DNA from: an uncultured virus (IMG/VR IMGVR_UViG_3300008110_000081)
Taxonomy: Duplodnaviria; Heunggongvirae; Uroviricota; Caudoviricetes
IMG/VR virus record: IMGVR_UViG_3300008110_000081
DNA: 64,000 bases
Reading direction: 5' to 3' (one strand)
The notes beneath the pieces are model-generated. The model did not search any database. It was given only the letters and a program-made list of their open reading frames with translations, and was not told the origin of the DNA. A program made the translations under genes and the position numbers. Positions 17,995 through 26,909 of this stretch are shown here, in pieces (position 1 is the first letter of the stretch; each line of letters starts with the position of its first letter).

Positions 17995-20985
17995 TTAATA
18001 ATTCTGAGTTTGTTGATAAAATATTTGAGCTAAATCAACGTCTTGTTGATTACCTGAAATTTTATCTAGAGTCATTTTAACTTCATTCAATGAGTTAACA
18101 TCAAATGTTCTTGCACCACTTTGTATAGCTGCGTTATTTTTTTTCTCCATTTCAGAAATGATATAGTTTATACCACTGTAAATACTTTGACCACCTGTCT
18201 CTGGACCATAGGGTTGTGAAATAGGTACCGGTATGTATTTTTTATCAACAGGATCCCAACTTTTTAAGTAACCTGTTACATCAATAGATTGATCAGCATT
18301 TCTTTTATTGATTGTGATCTCACCACCGTTAGGTGAAGAGATTGTTTTAGATGCATGATTTAAAATAATATCATATGGCTGAGACTTAAACGCTGTTGTC
18401 AAATCATTTTTAGCTGTGGATTTATTAAAGTAAACACCTATACCGTTTGTTAATTCTTCAGAGTCAGCCCACGTATCATCATCAGCTTCTTTTGTTGAAC
18501 CTTTGTATTTAGCTAACCAAGTCTCAGGAAATGTAATATAAGCTCCTGCAAACTTAGGATCAGTTAAAGCAATGTCTGAATAAAACAACTGACCTGCTAC
18601 AGCTTTCTTTTCATCCTCTGATAGGTTACCTGATTTAAAATCTGTAACTAATGTAGCAAGTGCTTTCTTAGCATTTTCACTAGATGCTTTTTGAGCACCT
18701 TCTAAATCCATCTGGTGACCAGCTGTAAAAAATCCACCGTTTAAAGCATCTTCATAAATACCTATTAATCCTCTTGTACCTTCACTTGCTGGACTATTAG
18801 AATTGTAAGTGTACATATAAGCATTACCTGCAGTTTTACCACCACCAGCATTACCAAAGATAGAACTTCCATTTAAAGCTGTAACACCTTTAGGACTTGA
18901 TGAATATATCTTATTGTACTCTTTACCCATCTGTGCAAACTTTTCAGCTACCTCATCATCACTAGCTTGAGCTCCAAAGTTATTAGCTGTATATGCTGAT
19001 TTATAATTCTTAGAAAACTGAATATAGTTGTTAAGACTATTGTCAGAAGCAAACATTGCATTCCAAGCAACTTGATCATTAACATCTGAGAATTGTCCAA
19101 GGTTTTTTACTACCTTGTTATTTTGAGCAAATATTTTACTACTAGCGGCGTGCAGATCTAAATTGGTTTCTACATTTCTTTTATAGACAGCACCCTGTTT
19201 ATTTAAAAATGAACTGTGAGATAATATGTCTTTATTCTTATCAGCTTCAACCAATGCGTTTTGATATAACAATTTAGAGTTAGTCTCAGTAACAACAGAA
19301 CTTGCCATTTTAGATTTATTACCTTTTGTATCAACAAAAGATTTACTTATAGGATCATAGCCTGCAGAAAGTAAAGTTCCTTTATCATCATATTGAGCTT
19401 TACCATAAATACCAATAAGTGTATTTTCAGCTTGTGTTTTAGCTGACTGGTCTGTCTGACTACTAACAATATCCATCATCTGTTGACCGTATCCGCTAGA
19501 AAAAGCATTCATACTTTCAACATAACCTTGAGCAGAAGAACCTGTAGTCTGACGCATTTCAGCAATCTCATCTACACCAGCTTCTCCAGTTGTAGCTCCT
19601 AACCAGTTTTGTACAACTACGGGTTTGTTATCTGTACCAGTAGCTGGACCACGTTTTTTATACTCTTCAATGATTTGAAATTTGTTTAACTCTAAACCTG
19701 TTTTAAATTTTTCATGCTCATTCTTTAATAAATATTCAGCATCTTGTTTTTTCATAGCAAGTGAGAAATCTAAATAAGCATTGGTCTCATGAAGTTTATA
19801 TTTATCTTCTTCTTGATCCATTCTTCCTGTAAGATTTGCAGCAAGGATAGAAGCTTTAGTAATATCATTAGTCATCTTGTTTTTAGATATAAACCCATCA
19901 ACACGTTGACGTTTCATAGCTCTGTTATCACCAGCTTCAAATATAGAATTAGCTACCTTGATTGTTTGCTCATGATGTTCTAAAGCTTTTTGTGCAGAAG
20001 CATCATCAAAACTTGCTGCTACAAAAGCATTTGCTATACCATCAGAACCTGTACTACCAGTCTCTTTAATTTGTTTTTCTATTACTTTCTTCTTAGCATC
20101 TGTACCAACTTTATTATCTTGAGCTTTTTGTAATTCAGACCTAGCTTGTTGTATTTGAGCATCAACTAATGAGAAGTAAGCATCTTCAGCTAGATCATCA
20201 TCATTGTTATAACCTTGTTTGTTACTAGCTATCCAGTCTTTTCTGTTTACATAAGACTCTGTTTCATACATTGCTTTAAAACCAGGGTCTTGAGAAAACT
20301 GATTTAACATCATATCTCTTAAAGGAGTTGCAAGTAATTCACCATTAGTAAGCTTGATATTGTATCTACCATCCTTACTTCTTATAACTTGCTGTACACC
20401 AAATGTACCTAAACCATCTTTACCTAACATCTTTTCAAGTTGTTTGTTCATCTTCTCTTGAACATTGATAAAAGGTACAAACTCACCAGGAGACATAGTC
20501 ATGGCATCTTCCTTAGAAGCTTTCTTGTATTCATCAGCTTTATAGTTTAAAGCTCTTAATGCTACATCAGAATATTTACCACCGCATTGTTCTTGATCTA
20601 TACAAAGTTTTAAACTCTCACCTTTTTGCAATTGATTTTGATATGTTTTTGTATAAGACATGTCATGTACAATGTCTTTGTTCTGGAGGAATGAATCAAA
20701 CACGCTGTCTGCAGCATCCGCATTTTGCTGTAAAGATAAATCCATACCTGATATTCTTTTAATGTCATTATCAATCACATTAAAGAACTCTTGTCTCTTC
20801 TCAATATTATCTTGACGCATCATTGGTGAGTTCAACAATGAACCATATCTTTTACTTAAAGCATCATAGTTTTTATCATATGCAGATTGTTTAGTCTGCA
20901 ATAGATTATTTAAAAAGTTTAAGTCCGGTTGATACGGTTGTATCTGAGGAATATACTGGGGTGCCCCGTTTAAATAAGATGCCAT
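17995..20985 (-). CDS. Large ejection/cargo protein (996 aa), first of the three giant genes
   Basis: Long helical ORF with 2-nt spacing to the next giant gene; position matches the crAss-like three-gene ejection/vRNAP block. Confidence 0.7.
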   Translation of the reverse strand: MASYLNGAPQYIPQIQPYQPDLNFLNNLLQTKQSAYDKNYDALSKRYGSLLNSPMMRQDNIEKRQEFFNVIDNDIKRISGMDLSLQQNADAADSVFDSFLQNKDIVHDMSYTKTYQNQLQKGESLKLCIDQEQCGGKYSDVALRALNYKADEYKKASKEDAMTMSPGEFVPFINVQEKMNKQLEKMLGKDGLGTFGVQQVIRSKDGRYNIKLTNGELLATPLRDMMLNQFSQDPGFKAMYETESYVNRKDWIASNKQGYNNDDDLAEDAYFSLVDAQIQQARSELQKAQDNKVGTDAKKKVIEKQIKETGSTGSDGIANAFVAASFDDASAQKALEHHEQTIKVANSIFEAGDNRAMKRQRVDGFISKNKMTNDITKASILAANLTGRMDQEEDKYKLHETNAYLDFSLAMKKQDAEYLLKNEHEKFKTGLELNKFQIIEEYKKRGPATGTDNKPVVVQNWLGATTGEAGVDEIAEMRQTTGSSAQGYVESMNAFSSGYGQQMMDIVSSQTDQSAKTQAENTLIGIYGKAQYDDKGTLLSAGYDPISKSFVDTKGNKSKMASSVVTETNSKLLYQNALVEADKNKDILSHSSFLNKQGAVYKRNVETNLDLHAASSKIFAQNNKVVKNLGQFSDVNDQVAWNAMFASDNSLNNYIQFSKNYKSAYTANNFGAQASDDEVAEKFAQMGKEYNKIYSSSPKGVTALNGSSIFGNAGGGKTAGNAYMYTYNSNSPASEGTRGLIGIYEDALNGGFFTAGHQMDLEGAQKASSENAKKALATLVTDFKSGNLSEDEKKAVAGQLFYSDIALTDPKFAGAYITFPETWLAKYKGSTKEADDDTWADSEELTNGIGVYFNKSTAKNDLTTAFKSQPYDIILNHASKTISSPNGGEITINKRNADQSIDVTGYLKSWDPVDKKYIPVPISQPYGPETGGQSIYSGINYIISEMEKKNNAAIQSGARTFDVNSLNEVKMTLDKISGNQQDVDLAQIFYQQTQNY

Positions 20986-21041
20986 TTTTTTATCTGTAAA
21001 TTTAATAAAATTTTTATTGTTTATACTTAAACTTTTAAAGT

Positions 21042-22415
21042 TTAACTTTCCTGATCTGCATATGGGTTTACTTGAGGTATCTGACTTTGAGCTCTTGACC
21101 TTTGGTATTCCAAGTAAGGATCTTCCTGAGTAAGAGGAATTCTTAATTGTTGCTTAGCTGCTTCTAATGCTACTTTCCTTCCTTCTGCTGTAGCATTAAG
21201 ATTATCATGTGATGCAAGAATCTCATTATAAACATCAGCAAGATTTTTCTCTTGCGTATAATTAGGTTTAAGATCACGTGGATTACTGTGGAACATAGTC
21301 TGAGTAAAAGGAGTAACAGCAAACTGAGGGCGCATCTGATTAAGATTATAAATATCAGCAGCATTCTTCATACCTGTATTAAATACTTGACTCATTACAT
21401 CTTTCTTAGCTTCTCTTTCAGCATCATAAGCCGCTTGAGCTAAATTAGATTTATCGTATAATCTTGTTTCACGGTTGGCTCTTTCTGCATCAAAAGCATT
21501 TAAAGCTTGAGCATTATAAGCATCACGTTGATTAGCTATATTTATGTTTCTACTATGTACATCTGATATAGCATTAGCTACATCACCAAGATTATTAGCA
21601 GCTAAGAAGTTAGACATGTAAGCTTGAGGATTAGTAAAGGCCGCCATGTTTTGAGCACCGATATTACGTTGCTCATTCATAGCTGCAATTCTTCTTGTAG
21701 GATCATCAAATACCGTATCAGCTTGATAGAAATTTGGTGTTGCTTCCCATGGCATTTGTTTTTTAGTACTAAAGTAACTTGAAACAGCTCTTCCCATATT
21801 GTTCATATCTTGCATAGTCCAACCAAAAGCTGGAGTGTTAATACGTGGTTCAGCTAAATGTTTATACTTAAGCGCTTCAGCAGGCATACTTGTTTTCTTG
21901 TCTGTTTGAGTTTCAGCAGGTTTTTCACCAGGTGCTTTAGTAGGTTCTTCAAAATCTTCAAAGGAAGGAACACTGTAACTTAAACGGCCAAATCTATTAG
22001 GTGCTCCAAAATCATAAGTAGGAGCTCCTTTTTCTTTAGCCATTTTGTTATACTCTTCTTGGAACCATTTCATATGGCTACTTTCAGAACCACCTTTTAA
22101 ATCCTTTTTAGTAGGATTAAATGTTTCACCAGGGTGTTCAGCTTCAAATTTTTCAATTAGTTTTTTATGTCTTCTTACAAAATCATCTTTGTAAGCACCT
22201 TCCCAATACTCATCACCAAATGCTCCTGATTTTAAAGCTTTTTGTGTAGCATCAGTCCTTGTTAATTTTTCTAGTTCCGCTTTTGATTTTAACCTACCTG
22301 TAGCATCATCAAAGAAATATGATGGCAACTTAGCTTTAAATCTAGGATCATCAATTGACATACCAGATGACTTAGCAAGTTCTGTTAAATACGCGGTCCA
22401 CTCAGGAGTATACAC
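21042..22415 (-). CDS. Cargo protein C-terminal part (457 aa from a GTG; frame is open from 22562, possibly fused to the upstream ORF)
   Basis: Gln/Asn/Ala-rich ORF. The frame stays open for 49 codons upstream of the GTG with protein-like sequence (YDSRIAKENAAAGAKAQPSSGSSSGSG) overlapping the end of 22520..25066. Confidence 0.65.
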   Translation of the reverse strand: MYTPEWTAYLTELAKSSGMSIDDPRFKAKLPSYFFDDATGRLKSKAELEKLTRTDATQKALKSGAFGDEYWEGAYKDDFVRRHKKLIEKFEAEHPGETFNPTKKDLKGGSESSHMKWFQEEYNKMAKEKGAPTYDFGAPNRFGRLSYSVPSFEDFEEPTKAPGEKPAETQTDKKTSMPAEALKYKHLAEPRINTPAFGWTMQDMNNMGRAVSSYFSTKKQMPWEATPNFYQADTVFDDPTRRIAAMNEQRNIGAQNMAAFTNPQAYMSNFLAANNLGDVANAISDVHSRNINIANQRDAYNAQALNAFDAERANRETRLYDKSNLAQAAYDAEREAKKDVMSQVFNTGMKNAADIYNLNQMRPQFAVTPFTQTMFHSNPRDLKPNYTQEKNLADVYNEILASHDNLNATAEGRKVALEAAKQQLRIPLTQEDPYLEYQRSRAQSQIPQVNPYADQES

Positions 22416-22519
22416 ACCAATAGTCGAGGCTACACTTTGACCTTTCTTTGAGGCACCAGAACCAGATGAAGATCCAGAACTCGGTTGAGCTTTTGCACCA
22501 GCTGCTGCATTTTCTTTAG

Positions 22520-25066
22520 CTATACGAGAATCATAGTATTTACTGTAGTAAAACCTCCTAGTTTATATTGATCCATTGCTCCGCCAAATTCACTTTTACC
22601 ATAACCAAATGTATTTCTACGCATAGTCATGTAACCAGGTTGTTGTACAATATTGCTATTAGGATTTTGTAATCCGTAAGCCATACCGCTTTGTACCCAA
22701 CTACCTTTATTACCAGCTTCAGGAGTAAACATACTAAATTGTTTTTCTTTCATTTTTTGCTCTAATGCTAACATCTCTTTATTTCTACCAAGAGATGATA
22801 TAAAATCCATACCACTTATAATACCTTGAGCAGTAGCTGGTCCTGACACACCATATTTTGGACCCCATTTAATTTGAGTATCCTTATATGCTAAATTTTT
22901 ATTTTCAGTATTAGTAGGTTTGGTAGCGTCTGAAGCTGTAAAATCTAATTTAGTTGCAGGTTTCTTTAGAGGACTTGTTTCAGGGATTGTTGCATCTAAA
23001 CTATAGTTAGTATTAATAGCAGCCTGAGCAGCATAATTAGGATTATTAAAATCAAGTTGAACCCCTGGTTGCATTAAAGGACTGTTGACTGGTATAGTAC
23101 TTCCATACTGAGCTTTTTGTAAACTACTAGGTAAACCAGTTATTCTTACTTTCTTAGTTGCGCCACCATATCTTTTTTTAGGCTTTGCTTCATCTGCTGC
23201 AATTGCTGAATCTAATTGAGCTAAAGTCCATTTAGGTTTAAAACCAGCTTCTTGAACTGTATTTGTTTTAGGAGCTACTTTAGTTACTGTATCTTTTTTA
23301 GGTTGTAAATAAGCTTGTTTATATTTATTTATTAAATCATAGTCTTTAGCATTATAAAAATCAGGAGTAAACTCATTTGCATCATAAGAAACTGTACCCA
23401 TTATTGATGGTCCACCACTAACCCCAGATGAGACATGTTTTTTTAAATAATCAGGATGTAATGCAGATAATGTATCCAGTCTACCTCTTAATTCTTGTTT
23501 AGCTGGACCAGCTGGTAACTTTGCATATTCATCATAAACTTTTTGATAAACCTCTTTTGCACTTTTTGCAGCTTCTATATTTTTTGTTGACGTTTTAGGT
23601 TTAGCTTTTGGATAAGCTTTTTCATATAATATGTTAGCTAAGTCTTGAAACTTATCAGCATTTGAATTAGGATACCATTTTGCAGAATACCAAGGTGTTG
23701 CTGAACTAGCACGGCTGATAAGTTGATCTGCTACGGTAGCCATCTTTTTTGGATCATTGCTTTTTAATGCATCCATGTAAGCCTCATAATCATCTTTATA
23801 AGTACCTGCAAATTCTTGTTCATCATCTTCATCATCAACACCAAAGCCTCCACCAAAACCTGGTGTAGGTTCTTTTGCTGGCATTACAGGATATGCATCA
23901 CTAGCAGCTTGTATGTCAGGATGTACATAAGGTTCTCCTAACTCAAATTCATTTCTATCTCCACTTCCTTTAAGTCCTAGTTCAGAACCTTGCTGTTTTG
24001 ATTTAATTAATCTGTCAAGTCTAGGTAAAAGATTTTTATAAACTTCAGGTTGTGTTTCTTTATAAGAATTGATTAATGCAATTTGCTCATCTAATTTTTT
24101 AATAGCATCATCATCAACTTGCCCAAGACGTTTATCAGTACCTTTATAAGAATCCCAAATACGTTCTTGTATATTATAAAAATCATAAGGATTGTCAATT
24201 TGGTAATTATCCCAATTGCTTATATCTTTATAACGGTTAGGTTCTTCTTTAACAGCTCCAGCAGTTTGATATCTTTTTAAGCCACCCATGGCAAAGTAAT
24301 CTGGTCCACCGTCTTGTAGATACTGAAGAGGAGCGCCTGGTTGCTGAGCCATTACAGGCCCACCAATTTCCATAGCACTTTCCTGACCTGCTGCATCTTC
24401 TCCTTCTTGTGGCGCACCTGGATTCTGTTGCATTAAGTCTTCAGGGTTAATCTCCATTGCTTCTAAATAAGGCATAGCAATTTCTGGAATACCTTGAGGA
24501 AAGCCTTTCATTGACTCTTGAATCAAAGCAAGCTTACCCAACTTTAAATTAAAGTTAGACAACATTAGCTCTGCTGTTTCACGTTGTAAGTCATCAGTGT
24601 TTTTATCAGCTAGTATTTTTTTATACGGAGCTGTGTTATATTTTTTAGCAATCTCTGCTGGTGTGTAGCCATTCTTTTTAGGGGACAAACCAAACTGAGC
24701 TAAGACAGCAGGATCTTTAATCCTCATCTTAGCAGTGTCACTAAATATAAAAGAATTCTCAGGTAGGTTCAATGGTGTTCCTCCCTGTGTATGACGCTTA
24801 CCACCAATAGTGTAAGTATCAGGAATACTACCTTGACCAGGTATCATAGCTACCTCATCTTTTTCAGCTTCAAGGTTAGCCTCTTCTCTTGGTATAGGTT
24901 TTAGTTTAGAGTTTACTTTTATAGGAGGTGCAGACATCTTACCTGCCATGATTGGCCAAGGCATTACATTAGAGTTAAATCCTAGACCGGCTCTTAAGTG
25001 ATCCATTTTTACCTCAAGTCCTGATTGCCCCGTAGGTAATCCTGTTATTCTAACTTTTTTTTTCAT
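22520..25066 (-). CDS. Virion cargo protein (848 aa) with repeated xGG motifs
   Basis: NLEAEKDEV..GGKRHTQGG..SFIFSD segment resembling crAss-like cargo proteins; repeated YFAMGG, RYGG, EFGG, YKLGG; duplicated KKVRITGLP. Confidence 0.65.
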   Translation of the reverse strand: MKKKVRITGLPTGQSGLEVKMDHLRAGLGFNSNVMPWPIMAGKMSAPPIKVNSKLKPIPREEANLEAEKDEVAMIPGQGSIPDTYTIGGKRHTQGGTPLNLPENSFIFSDTAKMRIKDPAVLAQFGLSPKKNGYTPAEIAKKYNTAPYKKILADKNTDDLQRETAELMLSNFNLKLGKLALIQESMKGFPQGIPEIAMPYLEAMEINPEDLMQQNPGAPQEGEDAAGQESAMEIGGPVMAQQPGAPLQYLQDGGPDYFAMGGLKRYQTAGAVKEEPNRYKDISNWDNYQIDNPYDFYNIQERIWDSYKGTDKRLGQVDDDAIKKLDEQIALINSYKETQPEVYKNLLPRLDRLIKSKQQGSELGLKGSGDRNEFELGEPYVHPDIQAASDAYPVMPAKEPTPGFGGGFGVDDEDDEQEFAGTYKDDYEAYMDALKSNDPKKMATVADQLISRASSATPWYSAKWYPNSNADKFQDLANILYEKAYPKAKPKTSTKNIEAAKSAKEVYQKVYDEYAKLPAGPAKQELRGRLDTLSALHPDYLKKHVSSGVSGGPSIMGTVSYDANEFTPDFYNAKDYDLINKYKQAYLQPKKDTVTKVAPKTNTVQEAGFKPKWTLAQLDSAIAADEAKPKKRYGGATKKVRITGLPSSLQKAQYGSTIPVNSPLMQPGVQLDFNNPNYAAQAAINTNYSLDATIPETSPLKKPATKLDFTASDATKPTNTENKNLAYKDTQIKWGPKYGVSGPATAQGIISGMDFISSLGRNKEMLALEQKMKEKQFSMFTPEAGNKGSWVQSGMAYGLQNPNSNIVQQPGYMTMRRNTFGYGKSEFGGAMDQYKLGGFTTVNTMILV

Positions 25067-25073
25067 GTTCTAA

Positions 25074-26846
25074 TTAGTCTAAGTATTCTAGTGTACCACC
25101 CATTGCTAAGTAATTTGCAATAGCTTCTTCATCCATTTCTAATTCAGCACCTTCTTCATAAGGCGTTCCTCCAAAAGCTAACCCTGGACCATAACCTTTA
25201 GCAGGTTCTAAATTAACATTATTCCAAACAGGAAATCCAGCAGGATTCATATTAGAGGTTGGTAAAAAATGTTGAGGCATATTAGCATCATAAGGACTTG
25301 CAGGATACTTTTGTGGAAAAATAGAATTAGGATTTGTAGGAGCTATATGAACAGAAGGATAACCACTAGTAAATGCTTGTTGATTAGTAGTTGGAGGTTG
25401 TGTGTTATCTTTAGTTGCTTGCTTACCAGCCTTACGTTGTTTGTTTTTAGCTATTAAGTTTTTAATAAAGCCTGGACCTTTAGCTTCTTGACCAGTTTTT
25501 GTAGAATCATAATTTCTAGCCTGTTTACTTTGGTCTGTAGGTATTTGTACTGTTTTACCAGTACTAGGATCATACACTGTTCTGAAGGTAGCTTTACCTT
25601 TTCTTCCATAACCTTTCCAAGCTATATCTTTTAAAGCACTATTATTTAAAAACTGTGACATAGGAAACTGACCTTTTGGATCATAAGCTTGATAACTAGG
25701 AGCGTAAGCATTTTGATTATAGAAACTTTGCATCATTTGTTGAAATGCTGCAATTTGCTCCGGTGTATATTTTCCCTGACTTGATTGTGGTAACTGAGTC
25801 ATGTTTTGAACACCTTGAGTATTTGCAGCTGCTTGAGCTGCATTACCTTTATAAGATTGAGCACTACTTTGTCCAAAAGTAGGACGAGCTTGACCTTTCA
25901 TTAAAATATCTTGAACTCGGTTTTGGTAATTCATTTTATTTTCAGATCCGCCATTTTGAAAAAAGTCACCACCATATTCTTTAAACATATTACCTGCAGC
26001 TTGTTTAGCTGCCATGTTAGAACGAGTATCTGCCCAGTTATTAGATGTACCAACTGGAGAAGCTGCAGGTCCCATCATACCTGATCCAACAGTTTTAGTT
26101 TTATAAGACATAGGCTTTTGATAAATAGAACTACCTATATTAGTCATGTTTCTTCCTAAGTCAAAAATACTTGTTTGTTTATTTTTAAGAGCATCAATTC
26201 TATCTTGCATTGATGACATTTGATCAACAGCATTCATGTCAAGAGTATTAAAGTTATTATTAACTTCAGTACCGTAATTAGCATAACCAGCTTCTTGTAC
26301 ATTGCCCATTGGCATAGGTTGAGCAGACATGTTAAAATCAGCAAGACTCTTCATATAATCTTGAGCCATTCCATTTGTATACTGACCTTGATCCATTTCT
26401 GTTGTACCACCAGGTTGCATATAACCACCATAAGCCATATTACCACCACACTCTAAACAAGGCATGTCATTAGAACCACCAGGTAATCCTCCCATATCAT
26501 ATTTAGGTTGCCAAGGGAAGGCACTAAAATTAATACGCTCCGTTGGTTGTTGAGGAAATGCTATTTCATCTGTCATACCACCATGCTCATAAAAACCTAT
26601 TGGTCCATTCCATGGCATTACATTAGGAGCAAAGAAACCACCCTTCTCGTAATACGGCGCTTTATTAGATGACGCATCAGGTTGTTGCGGAAATGCTATC
26701 CCATCAGTAAGGCCTCCGCCGTATTCTTTTTTTGAATTATACCAAGCATCAAATGCTGCTTTACTTGTAAATCTTTGATGGAATTTTGCTCTTCCTGCTG
26801 TGGTATTAGGCTCACCTGCTGCGGCCAACATTTGTGCTGCGTTCAT
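25074..26846 (-). CDS. Low-complexity Met/Gln/Gly-rich putative cargo protein (590 aa)
   Basis: Repeated EYGG/YEKGG/YEHGG/YDMGG/AYGG/AFGG; internal repeat GG(L/M)TD(G/E)IAFPQQP; lies between muzzle and ejection genes. Confidence 0.6.
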   Translation of the reverse strand: MNAAQMLAAAGEPNTTAGRAKFHQRFTSKAAFDAWYNSKKEYGGGLTDGIAFPQQPDASSNKAPYYEKGGFFAPNVMPWNGPIGFYEHGGMTDEIAFPQQPTERINFSAFPWQPKYDMGGLPGGSNDMPCLECGGNMAYGGYMQPGGTTEMDQGQYTNGMAQDYMKSLADFNMSAQPMPMGNVQEAGYANYGTEVNNNFNTLDMNAVDQMSSMQDRIDALKNKQTSIFDLGRNMTNIGSSIYQKPMSYKTKTVGSGMMGPAASPVGTSNNWADTRSNMAAKQAAGNMFKEYGGDFFQNGGSENKMNYQNRVQDILMKGQARPTFGQSSAQSYKGNAAQAAANTQGVQNMTQLPQSSQGKYTPEQIAAFQQMMQSFYNQNAYAPSYQAYDPKGQFPMSQFLNNSALKDIAWKGYGRKGKATFRTVYDPSTGKTVQIPTDQSKQARNYDSTKTGQEAKGPGFIKNLIAKNKQRKAGKQATKDNTQPPTTNQQAFTSGYPSVHIAPTNPNSIFPQKYPASPYDANMPQHFLPTSNMNPAGFPVWNNVNLEPAKGYGPGLAFGGTPYEEGAELEMDEEAIANYLAMGGTLEYLD

Positions 26847-26866
26847 TGTAGTTGTTTTATGCTGTT

Positions 26867-26891
26867 AATATACAAAAAATTATTTAAACTT
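26867..26891 (-). promoter_or_regulatory. Putative late promoter (AAGTTTA..TTTGTATATT)
   Basis: Motif recurs in several intergenic gaps upstream of minus-strand genes. Confidence 0.5.
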
Positions 26892-26909
26892 ATAATGTTT
26901 ATTTGGTTA

